A stretch of 64,000 bases of DNA from Octopus vulgaris. Its lineage: Eukaryota. A program made the translations under genes and the position numbers. Below the pieces are notes generated by a model. The model was not told the origin of the DNA and made no database searches. It saw only the letters and a list, made by a program, of their open reading frames with translations. Below are positions 16,067 through 29,834 of this stretch, piece by piece (position 1 is the first letter of the stretch; every line of letters starts with the position of its first letter). The stretch is from contig OX597814.1 in the NCBI GenBank assembly GCA_951406725.2, forward strand, positions 16,864,001 to 16,928,000, written 5' to 3'.

Positions 16067-17178
16067 ACGGTCATGGTGATATATATATATATACATATAC
16101 ATATATGTATGTATGCATTTGTATGTATATGTGTGTGTTTGTGTACGTATGCATGTTTTTATCTATGTATCTATGCATGCACCTATATGTGTATGCATGC
16201 ATACATCTATGAATGTATGTATGTATGTATGTATGTATGTATGTATGTATATGTACATGTGTGTCTCAGTATTGGTATTTTTTCCCCATCATACGACCAC
16301 TAGTATGAGTGTGTTTACGTCCTGTAACTTCGCAGCTCGGCAGAAGATATCGATAGAATAAGTACCAGTCTTAAAAAAAAATTTTGTACTTGGATCGATT
16401 CGGTCGAATAAAATTCGTCAAGAAAGCGCCGCCCCAGCATGGCCGTATTCTAGGCTGCGAACACAGGGATTAAAAGAGACAGACAGAGACAGAGACAGAA
16501 ACAGACAAATGTACATATACATTTCATGCACGTGTATATGATTCGTAGAAGAAAGAGACAAATTTCCGAGGTCCTTAAATTATTTACAGCAGAAAAGACA
16601 AAAAAAAAAAAAAAAAAAAAGGTAGAGATACACAAAGATTATATAGACGTATCTTTTATCCAGCAACATAATTTGAATGTTTGCCAAAAGTGTTTATTTC
16701 AGCAGCACAACAGATTTACTCTTAATTTCTACCAGAGGCTGTTACTTTTATGTCTTAAGTGTCTATATAATTGTCCGCTTAAGCAAAACCCCAAAGCAAT
16801 TTTGCGGTCTCTTACTATTAATGCAGTAGAGAAAAGCGCAGCGATATCTCTATCTAAAATAGCATTAACTTCATAAGTAGATAGTGATGTCATAAATATT
16901 TATTGCAATAATTTGCGGTCATTATTAAATTACGACATTCTATATCGAAATTTCTTCTGAATTCTTAATTCAAACCTTGGGCGATTTGTAATTATCAATC
17001 AATCAATTTACTCAGGGTTTTAATATTATATGTTACAATGGAAAGTTGATGCCTAATTAAGACGCAAATAGACTTGCACAGAATCCTTCATAGGACACAC
17101 GTATACCAAAATGCACAATCATATAGACATTTATATCGACATAGACGCGTGTGTGTGTGTGTGTGTCTGTGTGTGTAC

Positions 17179-17227
<49 letters not shown>

Positions 17228-17254
17228 ACATATATATGCATATATATATATGTT

Positions 17255-17418
17255 GGAGTGGAGTGGGTGTGTGGTAAGTAGCTTGCTTACCAACCACATG
17301 GTTCCGGGTTCAGTCCCACCACGTGACACATTGGGCAAGTGTCTTCTACTATAGCCTCGGGCCGACCAAAGCCGTGTGAGTGGATTTGGTAGACGGAAAC
17401 TGAAAGAAGCCCGTCGTA

Positions 17419-17477
<59 letters not shown>

Positions 17478-17710
17478 ATGTGTGTATATATGCTTATGCG
17501 TCTGTTTGTCCCCCCCCCCAACATCGCTTGACAACCGATGCTGGTATGTTTACGTCCCCGTAACATTAGCGGTTCGGCAAAAGTGAAAGATAGAATAAGT
17601 AGGCTTACAAAGAATAAGTCCTGGGTTCAATTTGCTCGACTAAAAGGCGGTGCTGCAGCATGGCCACAGTCAAATGACTGAAACAAGTAAAAATGTAAAA
17701 GAAAAGTAAA
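17255..17710 (+). mobile_element. SINE family B, full length
   Basis: Homologous to 22164-22588, with internal (TA)n(TG)n and a GTAAAA tail. Confidence 0.85.
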
Positions 17711-17731
17711 TATATATATATATATATATAA

Positions 17732-18009
17732 TAGTTATCGCCATACTAATATGGCATTCTTATAAAAATAAGAAAAAAGCTGTCCGCTTATTAGCTCCAT
17801 GAGGCCATCGCCTTAAGTTAGCTATTTGATACACAAACTGTATCCATATAACCTTCGAACAAGGGAGGTCAGTCGCTCCACACTACTTGACCGGCAGCTA
17901 CAGACGCGTTTCGGGGTATTGCCCCTTTTCAATGCAGCGTAGACTTGAGAGAGACTTAGTTATTTTAATATTTCTAATATTTCATGTTGTACACATTTCT
18001 ATTATATAC

Positions 18010-18011
<2 letters not shown>
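17732..18011 (-). mobile_element. ~280-bp hammerhead-containing element between (TA)n tracts (solo Penelope pLTR or retrozyme-like)
   Basis: Unique-sequence island bounded by (TA)n at ~17710-17731 and ~18012-18058, containing a fully folded minimal hammerhead and no recognisable ORF. Confidence 0.6.
17897..17938 (-). ncRNA. Minimal type I hammerhead ribozyme, U3-A8 core variant, GUC cleavage site
   Basis: Minus strand GCTGCA-TTGAAAA-GGGG caata CCCC-GAAA-CGCG-TC-TGTAGC: 6-bp stem I (one G.U), 4-bp stem II, palindromic ACGCGT stem III. Confidence 0.8.
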
Positions 18012-18062
<51 letters not shown>

Positions 18063-18262
18063 CGTGACCGACCATGTTATCAGATGTTGTTACACATCGC
18101 TGGTCACATCGCTGGTCACAATCTTAGGATCACGGTTTCAAATCCACTCAGGAGGTTTTGGCCTGTCTGAGGCTATAGTAGACGACACATACTCAAGGTG
18201 GTACTCACTGACTATACGTGGAACCATGTGGTTCAGAAGCAAACTTCTTAGTACATGCGCTC

Positions 18263-18349
<87 letters not shown>

Positions 18350-18389
18350 TGTGTTTGTGTGTGATTTCTGTATGGTCCAATGTGATCGT

Positions 18390-18765
18390 TCATCATCATC
18401 ATCATTATCATCCTTTAACGTCCGCTTTCCATGCTAGCAAGGGTTGGGCGATTTGACTGAGGACTGGCGAACCAGATGGCTGCGCCAGGCTCCAGTCTGA
18501 TCTGGCAGAGTTTCTACAGCTGGATGCCCTTCCTAACGCCAACCACACCGAGAGTGTAGTGGGTGCTTTTACGTGCCACTTGCACGAGGGCCAGTCTGGC
18601 GGTACTGGCAACAGCAACGCTTGAAATGGTGTTTTTTACGTGCCACCTGCACAGGAGCCATTCCAGCGGCACTGGCAACGACCTCGCTCGAATTTTTTTT
18701 CACGTGCCACCGGCACAAGTGCCAGTGAGGCGACGCTGGTAACGATCACGCTCAAATGGTGCTGC
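18390..18765 (-). mobile_element. Retroposon fragment with RTE-related motif and (ATG)n tail
   Basis: Minus strand GGTTGGCGTTAGGAAGGGCATCCAGCTGTAGAAA, three TTT(T)(A/CA)CGTGCCAC sub-repeats, and a GATGAT tail. Confidence 0.6.
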
Positions 18766-19029
18766 GACTTAAGAACTTGTAATACCTTTGAACTGACCAC
18801 ATTCACAAATTTTGTTTTAACTGCTTTCTAAGTTTCATAGCCTCATTTTCAGCATTTGGAGTGGTGTTGACATCTGTAAAGCGACTTGTATATCAAGTGG
18901 CTTATGTGTATAAAAACATTTCTTCCAGAAATTGACCATCAGAATGTTAAGCTTCTATTTCGCCAGGTCCACATTGCGACAAGTATAGGTGAAGTGTAAT
19001 CTTGTTTGCAATATGAATATTGCTTCTTT

Positions 19030-19450
19030 AAGGCGGCGAGCTGGCAAAATCGTTAGCACACCGAGCGAAATGCCTGGCGACATTTCGTCTGTGCTAACGT
19101 CCTGAGTTCAAATTCCACCGAGATCGACTTTACTTTTCATTCTATCGGGGCCGATAAAATATCAGCTGAGTGCTGGGTTAAATGCAATCGCTTTAAACCC
19201 TCCCCTAAATTGCTGGTTTTGTGTTAAAATTTGAAGTCAATATGAATATTGCTCTTAGAGTGATGAGTTGGGAGAATCGTTCCTACCACTTTTTTGTACA
19301 TCTTCATATTCTGAGTCAAATTGTACTGAGGTTGACTTTGCCTTTCATCCTTTCGAAGTCGATAAAATAAGGACTAGATGAGCACTGGAGTCGATGTAAT
19401 CGACTTGTCTCATCCCCCAAATTGTTGACCTTGTGCCAAAATTTGAAAGC
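19030..19450 (+). mobile_element. Two tandem diverged SINE family A copies
   Basis: Family A head and body at ~19030-19240 and ~19255-19450. Confidence 0.75.
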
Positions 19451-19701
19451 AGTATGACAATTGCCCCATAGTCAACAGACTATTTCTGTAGGGAATTCTA
19501 TGAAGCGTGGCTGAATTTTCTGTAAACAATATTCTATCACATTCAGGAGAGAAACATTGTATAAGTGTAAATTCCCGAGAATAAAGTAACAGCACGATAT
19601 CCAACAACCCTCCCAATCATGGAAATGAGACTGAAATAGCCATGTTCTCAGCGCATATAACGACTGATAAGCAAATTTGAACAAGCTGTGATAAAATAAT
19701 A

Positions 19702-19952
19702 AATGTGCCCTTTTAAAGCCTAGCCAGGTTCATGGGCCCAGTTTCCCGGTTTCAATGGCGTATGCGTTCCCCAGCTGGACAGGACGCCAGTTCATCGCAG
19801 CGTTACTCATTTTTGCCAGCTGAGTTAACTGGAGCAACGTGAAATGAAGCGTTTTGCTCAGGAACACAACACGTCGCCCGGTCCAGGAATCGAAACCACA
19901 ATCTTACGATCATGGCGCTGACACCCTAACCACTAAGCCACGCGCCTCCACA
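19702..19952 (-). mobile_element. tRNA-derived SINE, family C', with 11-bp TSD
   Basis: Reverse-complement homologue of 670-925. TSD ATAAAATAATA at 19691-19701 and 19953-19963. Confidence 0.85.
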
Positions 19953-20538
19953 ATAAAATAATATATATATATATATAAATTAGAACCTAGCGGGATGCAA
20001 CTTCTAGCATTAGGACCAGATATTGCTCATAGCTTGCGAATTAAAGTCATACAACTCAGATGGCTAATGAAAGGCCTAAGTGAACTTCATTTCGCCTTAA
20101 AAAACATGCTTGGGATGTCTTAGCGGCATTACATAACAAAATATTGAATCTCGGACTGTAGAGAAATTATATAAAAGCTTATGAGTTACTCGTGATATCA
20201 CTTCTCTCATGGAATTCATATTACATTACTACATGTGTGAATGGGTGTTTGTATGTGTATGTATATGTGCGTGTGTAAATAAATGAGTATTTGTCCTAAC
20301 GTACAGTGTCAGCTAAAAAATGCATAGATACGTTCTATATTACATAATAGCAACAAAATGAAACAATCTCAATTTACCAAGAATTCAATATTCTTCAGTA
20401 CTTGCCAAGAAAGTGTTAAACGAGCAAATTGTTCCGTTTATGTTGCTTTAAATACTAACGTTTGTTGGGTTTATTGGCAGTTTCTTCGTGGATATTTAAG
20501 GAAGGAGCACAGCTCTAGATGAGACCAATCAATATGCA

Positions 20539-20572
<34 letters not shown>

Positions 20573-20698
20573 CTGTGCGTGTGTGTGTGTGTGTGTGTAA
20601 GTATATACGAACACAATGCTTATATTGGCACAATGTTCACATCCGCCATAGTGTATAGTTTCGGGTTACAAACTCGCCTTCCCCATCTCTCTCTATCT

Positions 20699-20739
<41 letters not shown>

Positions 20740-20767
20740 CTTATATGTAAATGCATACAATATCATA

Positions 20768-20888
<121 letters not shown>

Positions 20889-20939
20889 CTTATACACACA
20901 TATATATATGTGTATATATATATATATATTAAACATATA

Positions 20940-21004
<65 letters not shown>

Positions 21005-21494
21005 CGTATATAGTAATAAATAACAAAAGAAGAATAAGAAGACTTAATATGTGTACACTATTATCTATCTGTTACAAGTTTGACATTGACAGCCAATTAC
21101 TTTGAGTTATTTTTTCTAATCAAGCCCATCCATCAAAGTGCGATTTTCTTTATTACATTCAGGAAAAAAAACTTCTCCCCAAAGTAAATTTGTTGGTAGG
21201 ATTTGATCTCTTCGAAAACATTTCCCGTTAATTTATATAGTGTTAGTTCATCTTCCTTCCAATAGTGGCGTTTAGTAAATTATTGAAGCAATTATCGTCT
21301 TATCAAGGACTTTTAAGTGGTTATGGCGCTGATCCAGCCCGAATTAAATGTCTCGGCCGTGGACACTTGTGCCTGTTTTGGTAATCGATTACATAGAAGT
21401 CGGTACTATATCGATTCCACCAGCTACTAAGTCCAGAATGAGAAACTATATATCTGTTGAAACAGCTTTTGTGTGTGGAGTCTGTCTCTTAATG

Positions 21495-21566
<72 letters not shown>

Positions 21567-21598
21567 CACTACTACTACTACTACTACTACTGCTACTA

Positions 21599-21639
<41 letters not shown>

Positions 21640-21747
21640 TCTGCTACTACTACTACTACTACTACTAATACTGCTACTACTGCTGCTACTACTACTAATA
21701 ATAATAATAATATTAATAATATCAATAATAATAATAATAATAATAAT

Positions 21748-21918
21748 AACATAACATACAGAAAATTGCACTACTGGGCACTGCACACATCCTATGCAAA
21801 ACACTTACAATACAGTAACCATCAGAGCATCACAACAAACCACAGCACATACCCAAGGCACACAGTGCTGCGCTCGGTATTGAAGTGAAAGCACGTTATA
21901 AAAAGAAAACTACTGAAT
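21748..21918 (+). mobile_element. 3' end of an R4/Dong-like LINE between (TAA)n tracts
   Basis: Translates NIQKIALLGTAHILCKTLTIQ*, then a short 3' UTR ending in AATAATAAT. Confidence 0.7.
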
Positions 21919-21934
21919 AATAATAATAATGATA

Positions 21935-22928
21935 ACAAGACACAAACATGTTGGCCAGGTATGACCACTAGCTGTTGCGCGGTAAAGAAAACCTCGAGAG
22001 AGCCGAACAAGGGTATGAACACAAGCCAGCGGGAGTAATGGAAAAGGGAATATTAGAAAATACTCTGGGATTTTAACATGCAGTGCAACCAAGTCATAGA
22101 GGTGAGACGGCCAGATTAAGTGACCATCCATAAAAATGAAAAAGAAGGAAAGATAATAGATGCATAGGCGCAGGAGTGGCTGTGTGGTAAGTAGCTTATT
22201 TACCAACCACATCGTTCCGGGTTCAGTCCCACTGCGTGGCATCTTGGGCAACTGTCTTCTGCTATAGCCCCGGGCCGACCAATGCCTGTGAGTGGATTTG
22301 GTAGACGGAAACTGAAAGAAGCCTGTCGTATATATGTATATATATATATATGAATGTGTGTGTGTGTATGTGTGTCTGTGTTTGTTCCCCTAGCATTGCT
22401 TGACAACCGATGCTGGTGTGTTTATGTCCCCGTTACTTAGCGGTTTCGGCAAAAAGAGACCGATAGAATAAGTACTGGGCTTACAAAAAGAATAAGTCCC
22501 GGGGTCGATTTGCTCGACTAAAGGCGGTGCTCCAGCATGGCCGCAGTCAAATGACTGAAACAAGTAAAAGAGTAAAAGAGTAAAAGAGATGTTGCAATAC
22601 CAGGCGATTCGAAGAAGAATGGCCGGGAAACAGAAAAGAAAATCTGTGAAATATCAGCCACTACGAGATAGGAAAGTTATGGGGCATGAGTAAAGTAATG
22701 GTGTTACTTGTGTTAATTGGAGCATTAGGAGCAGTTTCCAAAGGCTTTGAAAAGCATATTAAGAATATTGGAGCTGTTGTCATGCTCAAAGTGATCCAGA
22801 AGTGAGCATTTTTGGATACAGCTCGCATTCTAAGGAGAGTATTGTCTCGAAACCTTCGGTGATTTTTTTATTGACTGCTTCCAAGTAAAGAATAAGAAGT
22901 AAGTAAATAAGAACTCTCCGAGAGTCAT
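21935..22928 (+). mobile_element. R4/Dong-like LINE endonuclease fragment, split by a SINE at 22164-22588
   Basis: KILWDFNMQC..RRPD..KIID|VAIPGD rejoins across the SINE. VLIGALGAVSK and TARILRRVL follow, then (TAA)n from 22930. Confidence 0.75.
22164..22588 (+). mobile_element. SINE family B, full length, inserted in a Dong-like LINE
   Basis: tRNA-like head, CTTGGGCAA CORE-like motif, internal microsatellite, (AGTAAAAG)n tail; AGATG on both sides. Confidence 0.88.
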
Positions 22929-22960
22929 TTATAATAATAATAATAATAATAATGATGATG

Positions 22961-23036
<76 letters not shown>

Positions 23037-23043
23037 CAACAAC

Positions 23044-23081
<38 letters not shown>

Positions 23082-23104
23082 CAATAATAATAATAATAAG
23101 AAGA

Positions 23105-23159
<55 letters not shown>

Positions 23160-23163
23160 CAAC

Positions 23164-23195
<32 letters not shown>

Positions 23196-23234
23196 TAACA
23201 ACAACAACAACAACAATAATAATAATAATAATAA

Positions 23235-23265
<31 letters not shown>

Positions 23266-23998
23266 AAGAAGAAGAAGAAGAAGAAGAAGAAGAAGAACCC
23301 TCCTGATAAGGAAGCCTTTTTATATCGAGGACCAGCCGAAGAATCTCACTGATCTAACTTCATCTTGAACACCAAAAGCAAATGCTATTTTCAACTTTTA
23401 TTACTCTACCCACGATATAAACATAGAGCAGTCTTGCCAAACGAGATCACATCGCAGCCAAGTTCGGAAACGTCTTAACAAAAGCTTAACAACTTCTTCA
23501 AGTTCACCTAAGATTGGATATAGGTAGGGTACTTCTGTGTTTTATTAATTTCTTAAAAGGTGTGCGTGAGTGTCGAGAATGGATCTCGTAAATAATTTAC
23601 AAAAACAAAACAAAACAAAACAGAAAATGATTCATACAAAACATCGTAATTAACAGGGTTTTTTTTCCCCATTTTGTTTTTCTTCGTTGAATCAATTACA
23701 AAAAAGAACAAAGCTCGATGACGATTTGGTTTTTCTTTTATTAAAGGAAGAACGCTGGATAGTTCTAGTGAAGAATGTGCGGTTCCGCGGATGACGCCTG
23801 GTGGCCGTTAGTGGTGAATGTGCACTCAAGGCACACTATTAGAGACATACCCAGAAAAAGATTTGGATACTACATATTAAAGTTTCCTATCTAAACTTTA
23901 ATTTTAAACATAACCTATAAATATGGACACTTTTATGCACACACACATATATATTTTGTATACCTATAGAAATGTATCTATGTATCTATGTACCTATG

Positions 23999-24063
<65 letters not shown>

Positions 24064-24100
24064 GTCTGTCTGTCTGTCTTTCTGTTTATCTATCTATCAG

Positions 24101-24157
<57 letters not shown>

Positions 24158-24350
24158 TGATGTATATAAATATATAATGCACTAAGTCCTCTCCTCATAC
24201 GTTTATAGAGAGTATCCACTAGGGCGCGCGAGCGCAGAAACACACATACTTCTAAGAATGTGCGCAGTCCTCAGTCTGGTTGTAAGAAAGTGAACATATA
24301 AATGTATGTATATTTATGTAGCAATATACAAACACAATGATACACATATA

Positions 24351-24434
<84 letters not shown>

Positions 24435-24436
<2 letters not shown>

Positions 24437-24667
24437 GGTGGCGAGCTGGCAGACACGTTTGCGCGCCAGGCGAAATGCTTAGCGGTATTTCGTCTGCTCT
24501 TACGCTCTGAGTTCAAATTCCACCGAGGTCGACTTTGCCTTTCATCCTTTCGGGGTCGATAAATAAAGAACCAGTTTCGCACTGGGGTCGATGTAATCGA
24601 CTTAATCCTTCTGTCTGTCCTTGTTTGTCCCCTCTATGTTTAGCCCCTTGTGGGCAATAAAGAAATA
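24435..24667 (+). mobile_element. SINE family A
   Basis: Family A head, B box GAGTTCAAATTC and body. Confidence 0.88.
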
Positions 24668-24723
24668 TATATGCATATATATATGTATGATATATATGAA
24701 TATATGTATAAATGTTTTTCCAT

Positions 24724-24764
<41 letters not shown>

Positions 24765-25164
24765 AATTTATTTATCTACTAATTTATCTATGTATCAAAT
24801 TTTCTATCTATCTCTGTCTCTCTTTCTCTCTCTCTCTCCCTCTCTCTCTCCATATTTATATATATATATATATATTTATATATCTATATATATATATATA
24901 TATATATATACTTGCTCACATACATATGGTTGAGTATGAGTGTGTGTATACGTTTGTGTATGTGCTATTTGTATGCAGATGAGATCTGAAGAAGAGTTGA
25001 TATTCGTGGTACAAAGGTGAAAAGTAGGTGAAGAGCTGGAAAACAAAGCAAAACTATGAAGTGAGATCGAAAGATACTGATACAATTATATATATGTATA
25101 TGGATATGTGTGTATATATATATATACATATATATATATGGATATGTGTCTCTGTATGTATATA

Positions 25165-25252
<88 letters not shown>

Positions 25253-26190
25253 ATATATTATATGTGTTTGTGTGTGTAGGTATGTATACACACAGTCACA
25301 CCCACATATACACATACATATCTATATAGGCCATTTTTATCAAGTATATAACGATGTCTCAGTTAGGTGCAGGAGTGGGTGTGTGGTAAATAGCTTGCAT
25401 ACAAAAACATGCATAATATATATATATATATATATACATACATGCTTATATATAAATATATGTATGTGTGTATGTATGTATGTTCGTGTGTACGATGGCG
25501 CATGTGTGTGTATGCACGTGTGTATGTGAGCATTTGTATGAATGTGTTTATATGATTATATGTATTTACGCACACATATACACACACACACGCACAAGCA
25601 CACAATCAACCTGAAAACCGATGCAAACATATGAAAAAAATAACTTCCAAAAGTTGATAAAAAAATAAAGCAAGTGCTAAAGATAAACATACGAAAACCA
25701 AAAGGAACAGGAAAGACGAACGTGACTCAGGGAGTATATTGGTTGATTCTTCTAACGGTCTGTGTCAAAACGGTGGCGAGGTGTTGTCAACCAATACGTT
25801 TAACCACCAGAGTGCGGGCTTGCTTTCTTTCATGCGTGAGCTGTCAAACTTGATCAGAACAGCGCGAGACGAAGGTCGCTCGTCTAGCTTCTCCGACGAG
25901 ATACACGCACACAACTCGCCTCACGCAAAGGCGCGAGAAATGCCTCCGGCACACGTTCGACGACATGATAGCTGCCCCAGAAGGGTAAAAATATGATGCG
26001 GAAAAAAAATCAAAAGATAAAAAGACAGAAAAAAAAAGGACGGGAACGTATATGAAATGATACAAAGTAAATATAAATAGACAAAATAAGTAAATACAGA
26101 GATCTTTTTTTTTTGCAAAAAATAGTTACGACAAACAACAGAAACATACACACATACAAGCGTACAAGCACACATACTTCACATATATAC

Positions 26191-26258
<68 letters not shown>

Positions 26259-26609
26259 GCATATATTTATGCATATATATGTGTGTGTGTAATTATATAT
26301 TTATCTACATTCACACACTCACAAGCACACACGCACACACATACAATTCATAGCATAAAAATGGTGTATATGAAAGATTAAGAATGAACATCAACAACTA
26401 ATTCTTAGTGGGAGGATCACGCTATTTAACATTTTATTTTTTCTTGAACGTCGGGATTAGTATTATTATTGGAAAAGCAGCGAGTGGCGACGTAAAGTGT
26501 GGCTCAGGTTAGGGAACAGAAGTTCAAGAAAAAAAAATTGGGACGGCATAAAAACAAAAACAAAAAATAAAAGACATGCTACGAAAAAATGCTATACGGA
26601 ATCATATAA

Positions 26610-26645
<36 letters not shown>

Positions 26646-26671
26646 ATATATATATTTATATACATAAATAC

Positions 26672-26716
<45 letters not shown>

Positions 26717-26745
26717 CATACATACATACATACATATATATATAC

Positions 26746-27052
26746 ATTCGCAAAGATACGTGGCAACTGGAATACAGATAGGTAGACGTAACTTTCTCAC
26801 TCACATTGTTGAAAATCAGAATTCAGTTTGATGTATATATATATATAAACATATATATATTTATATACATACATACATACATATATACATACATATATAT
26901 ATATATATATATTCGCAAACATACGTGGCAACTGGAATACAGATAGGTAGACGTAACTTTCTCACTCACATTGTTAAAAATCAGAATTCAGTTTGATGTA
27001 TATATATATATATATATATATACTTAGGTATATAATCATGTATGCGTATGCG

Positions 27053-27092
<40 letters not shown>

Positions 27093-27102
27093 GTCTGTGT
27101 GT

Positions 27103-27135
<33 letters not shown>

Positions 27136-27452
27136 CAAGGAATACATGGACATGAAATGTAAAAGTAGTTGAAAGTGCGAATCATCTGGAAATACGACCC
27201 AACTTTTACTCATAGAATGAAATACAAACTCATACTTACGTATGGATGCACACATATATATATACGTATAGGTGCAAACGCACACTTATTTACACACACA
27301 TACACACGAAGACACACACACACACACACCCACTCACACACACACTTACAGGATTACATACCTAAGCATACCTCAAACTGAATTCTGTTTTCCAACAACG
27401 TGAGAAAGTTCCATCTACGTCTGTATTCTAGTTGCCGCGTACGTTTGCGAAT
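26746..27452. repeat. Fold-back element with inverted arms; left arm core tandemly duplicated
   Basis: A 90-bp unit occurs at 26746-26835 and 26911-27000, with an inverted copy at ~27372-27452. Confidence 0.8.
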
Positions 27453-27814
27453 GCACATATGCTAACATACATGTGTCTATATGTTTCTTTGTCGATGTCT
27501 ATGCATGGGCTTGTAAGTTGAGTGCATGTGTGTGCATACATGTTTATTAATACGCCTGTGGTCCGTGTGTGTCTTCGTCTGTGTATATATGTATTATGCA
27601 TGCATGTATGCATGCCTGTATGTATGTATGTATGTATGTATGTATGTATATATGTATGTATGTATGAATGTATGTATGCATGCATGCATGTATGTATGTA
27701 TGTATGTATGTATGTATGTATGTATGTATGTATGTATGTATGTATGTATGTATGTATGTATGAATGTATGCATGCATGCATGTATGTATGTAGGCATGTA
27801 TGTATGTATGTATG

Positions 27815-27848
<34 letters not shown>

Positions 27849-27854
27849 TGTATG

Positions 27855-27885
<31 letters not shown>

Positions 27886-28369
27886 CTTTTTGCTTTTAGT
27901 AACATAATTATTTAACGGATGTGTACTGCTTTTGTCAACTTTTTTCGATTTCATTATTTTCGTTTTTTATTTTTTTTTTAGAAAGTTTGAAATTGTAAGC
28001 ATTATATTGTCGCAATAAATGCTTTTTTCTCCCTTGAATAATGCTTCATACACCCTAAAATAAGTATAGGCAATCAGAATTTTTTTTTAATATGTATAAG
28101 ACAAGAAATTTGGTAGGGGAATAGAGCAGTCGATGATTAGAGTTTGTTACTTCTCTTGTACTTATCGAAATTATTAGGGCTCTCTAGGTGGTATTTGGAA
28201 TCATATGTTAACGACCCGTAGCGAAGAATTGCAAGGCATTTTGACCGACACCCTACCAGGTCTATGATTCTAACTCGAGCCTAGAACTAGCAATACGGAC
28301 GATGATTTACAACCAAGTATCTGATGTGAGGTAATCTGGTACCCTGAATATTGAATCACACTTGTACAA

Positions 28370-28760
28370 TCTCTCTATATATAAAGCTGAAGTTGTCTGT
28401 GTATGGCAGGTTTGGTAGCCTTCAACTAACACTATCTCCTCTGAGACCCTGCGGCACAAGTTGACCAAAATTGAGAGTATGATGAAGAAGGCTTGTTTTT
28501 CCTTCCGTAGAAGAAAGAATTCAAATCGAACCATGTTAACACCAAAAATTATTTACATCAAATAGGTGCTTTTTTTCTATGAAAATCCCTATTTTTTACG
28601 ATTTTTTGACTGCTGTGTCGCCATTTTTCGGTGTCTTTCATCTAGAAAAATCTTCACTCAAAGAGAATAACAAGCTACATAATGCAAAATTTTTACTATT
28701 CAGAAATTACAATTCTAAAGGGTCGAAACAAACCCGAGCAACGCCGGACGATACTGCTAG
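28370..28760 (+). mobile_element. Non-autonomous Helitron (391 bp)
   Basis: A|TC start (TCTCTCTATATATAAAGCTGAAGTTG), 3' hairpin CCCGAGCAACGCCGG, then CTAG|T; no target duplication. Confidence 0.8.
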
Positions 28761-29609
28761 TGTTATTATAAATTTTGACGATGATGATGACGATATAGAC
28801 GTCAATACCGATGATGGTGGGTGAGATAGTGATTTTCATGGCTTGGGGATGAATATTAATTTCGACGCTAGAGCACAAGCATGTAAAGTTCTATAAGTAT
28901 TTTTAATCATCACCACTGCACTATTGTTGAGGTCTAAAAGCCTGATACTCCCATTAAAAACTAATGCTCTGGTTATGTTTCACTTCGGTTTTATTACCAG
29001 TCAATTAAAAAACTAGTCAATAGTGTAACTGGTTAATCGACTACTCTTTCATCGCACAGTGTGGCCTTCTCAATGAGTCTGTGTCCTTTAGGTACCTCTT
29101 CATCATTACTTAATGCCAAAGGGATAACTACCAAATCTTCGCTGGTAAGATTTGAACAAGGAAACAGACGAATCTAGAATCAAAGTTGATTCAGAATTTA
29201 TATAAGTCGAAAAATGTTACCATTGTTAATATTACCGGATAGTGGAAATATCTATATTGAAAAAAAACCCCCAAAAAAACCCACCTCTTCCTTTCATTAG
29301 TATAGAGTCTTCTACGAAATAGCGTATGATGGGGGTAGTTGATTGAATCAAGCCTCATAAAAACTTGGTAGTATTTTTCTGTCACTGGGATGCGGTAGTC
29401 TTGGGACAACGCTTTGCAGGATTTAAGCGGACAAATCGATCCAAGCACTTTACGTTCCTTCTTTAGGGTGCTACGTATTTTATCGAGGTCTTATGTAGAT
29501 GCACTAAGTTACGGATGTAATAAACATTAACACCATACATCTTTGTTTTATGTTCATGATATGTTTACACACACACACACGTACCTCTGTGTGTGTGTGT
29601 ATTTATATA

Positions 29610-29790
29610 TACAGGGTGCCTTAAAAACATGTACTCACATCTGACTCTCTATGGATCATTAAATCTTTCATTTCTCTTCAGATCAAATTGACCATAATAA
29701 CGGCAGAAGAACGACAAAGTTTTGAAGAAAGAAAATTTATCATAAATTGCTACTGGAAGCACCGAGGATTCAACCAGCTTCCTGCCTCAA
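29610..29790 (+). mobile_element. 5' fragment of a Tc1/mariner-superfamily element
   Basis: Starts TA-CAGGGTG, then an N-terminus-like SFEERKFIINCYWK. Confidence 0.45.
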
Positions 29791-29834
29791 ATAATCAAAA
29801 TAAAAGCAGTAATAATAGTAATCATAATAATCGT

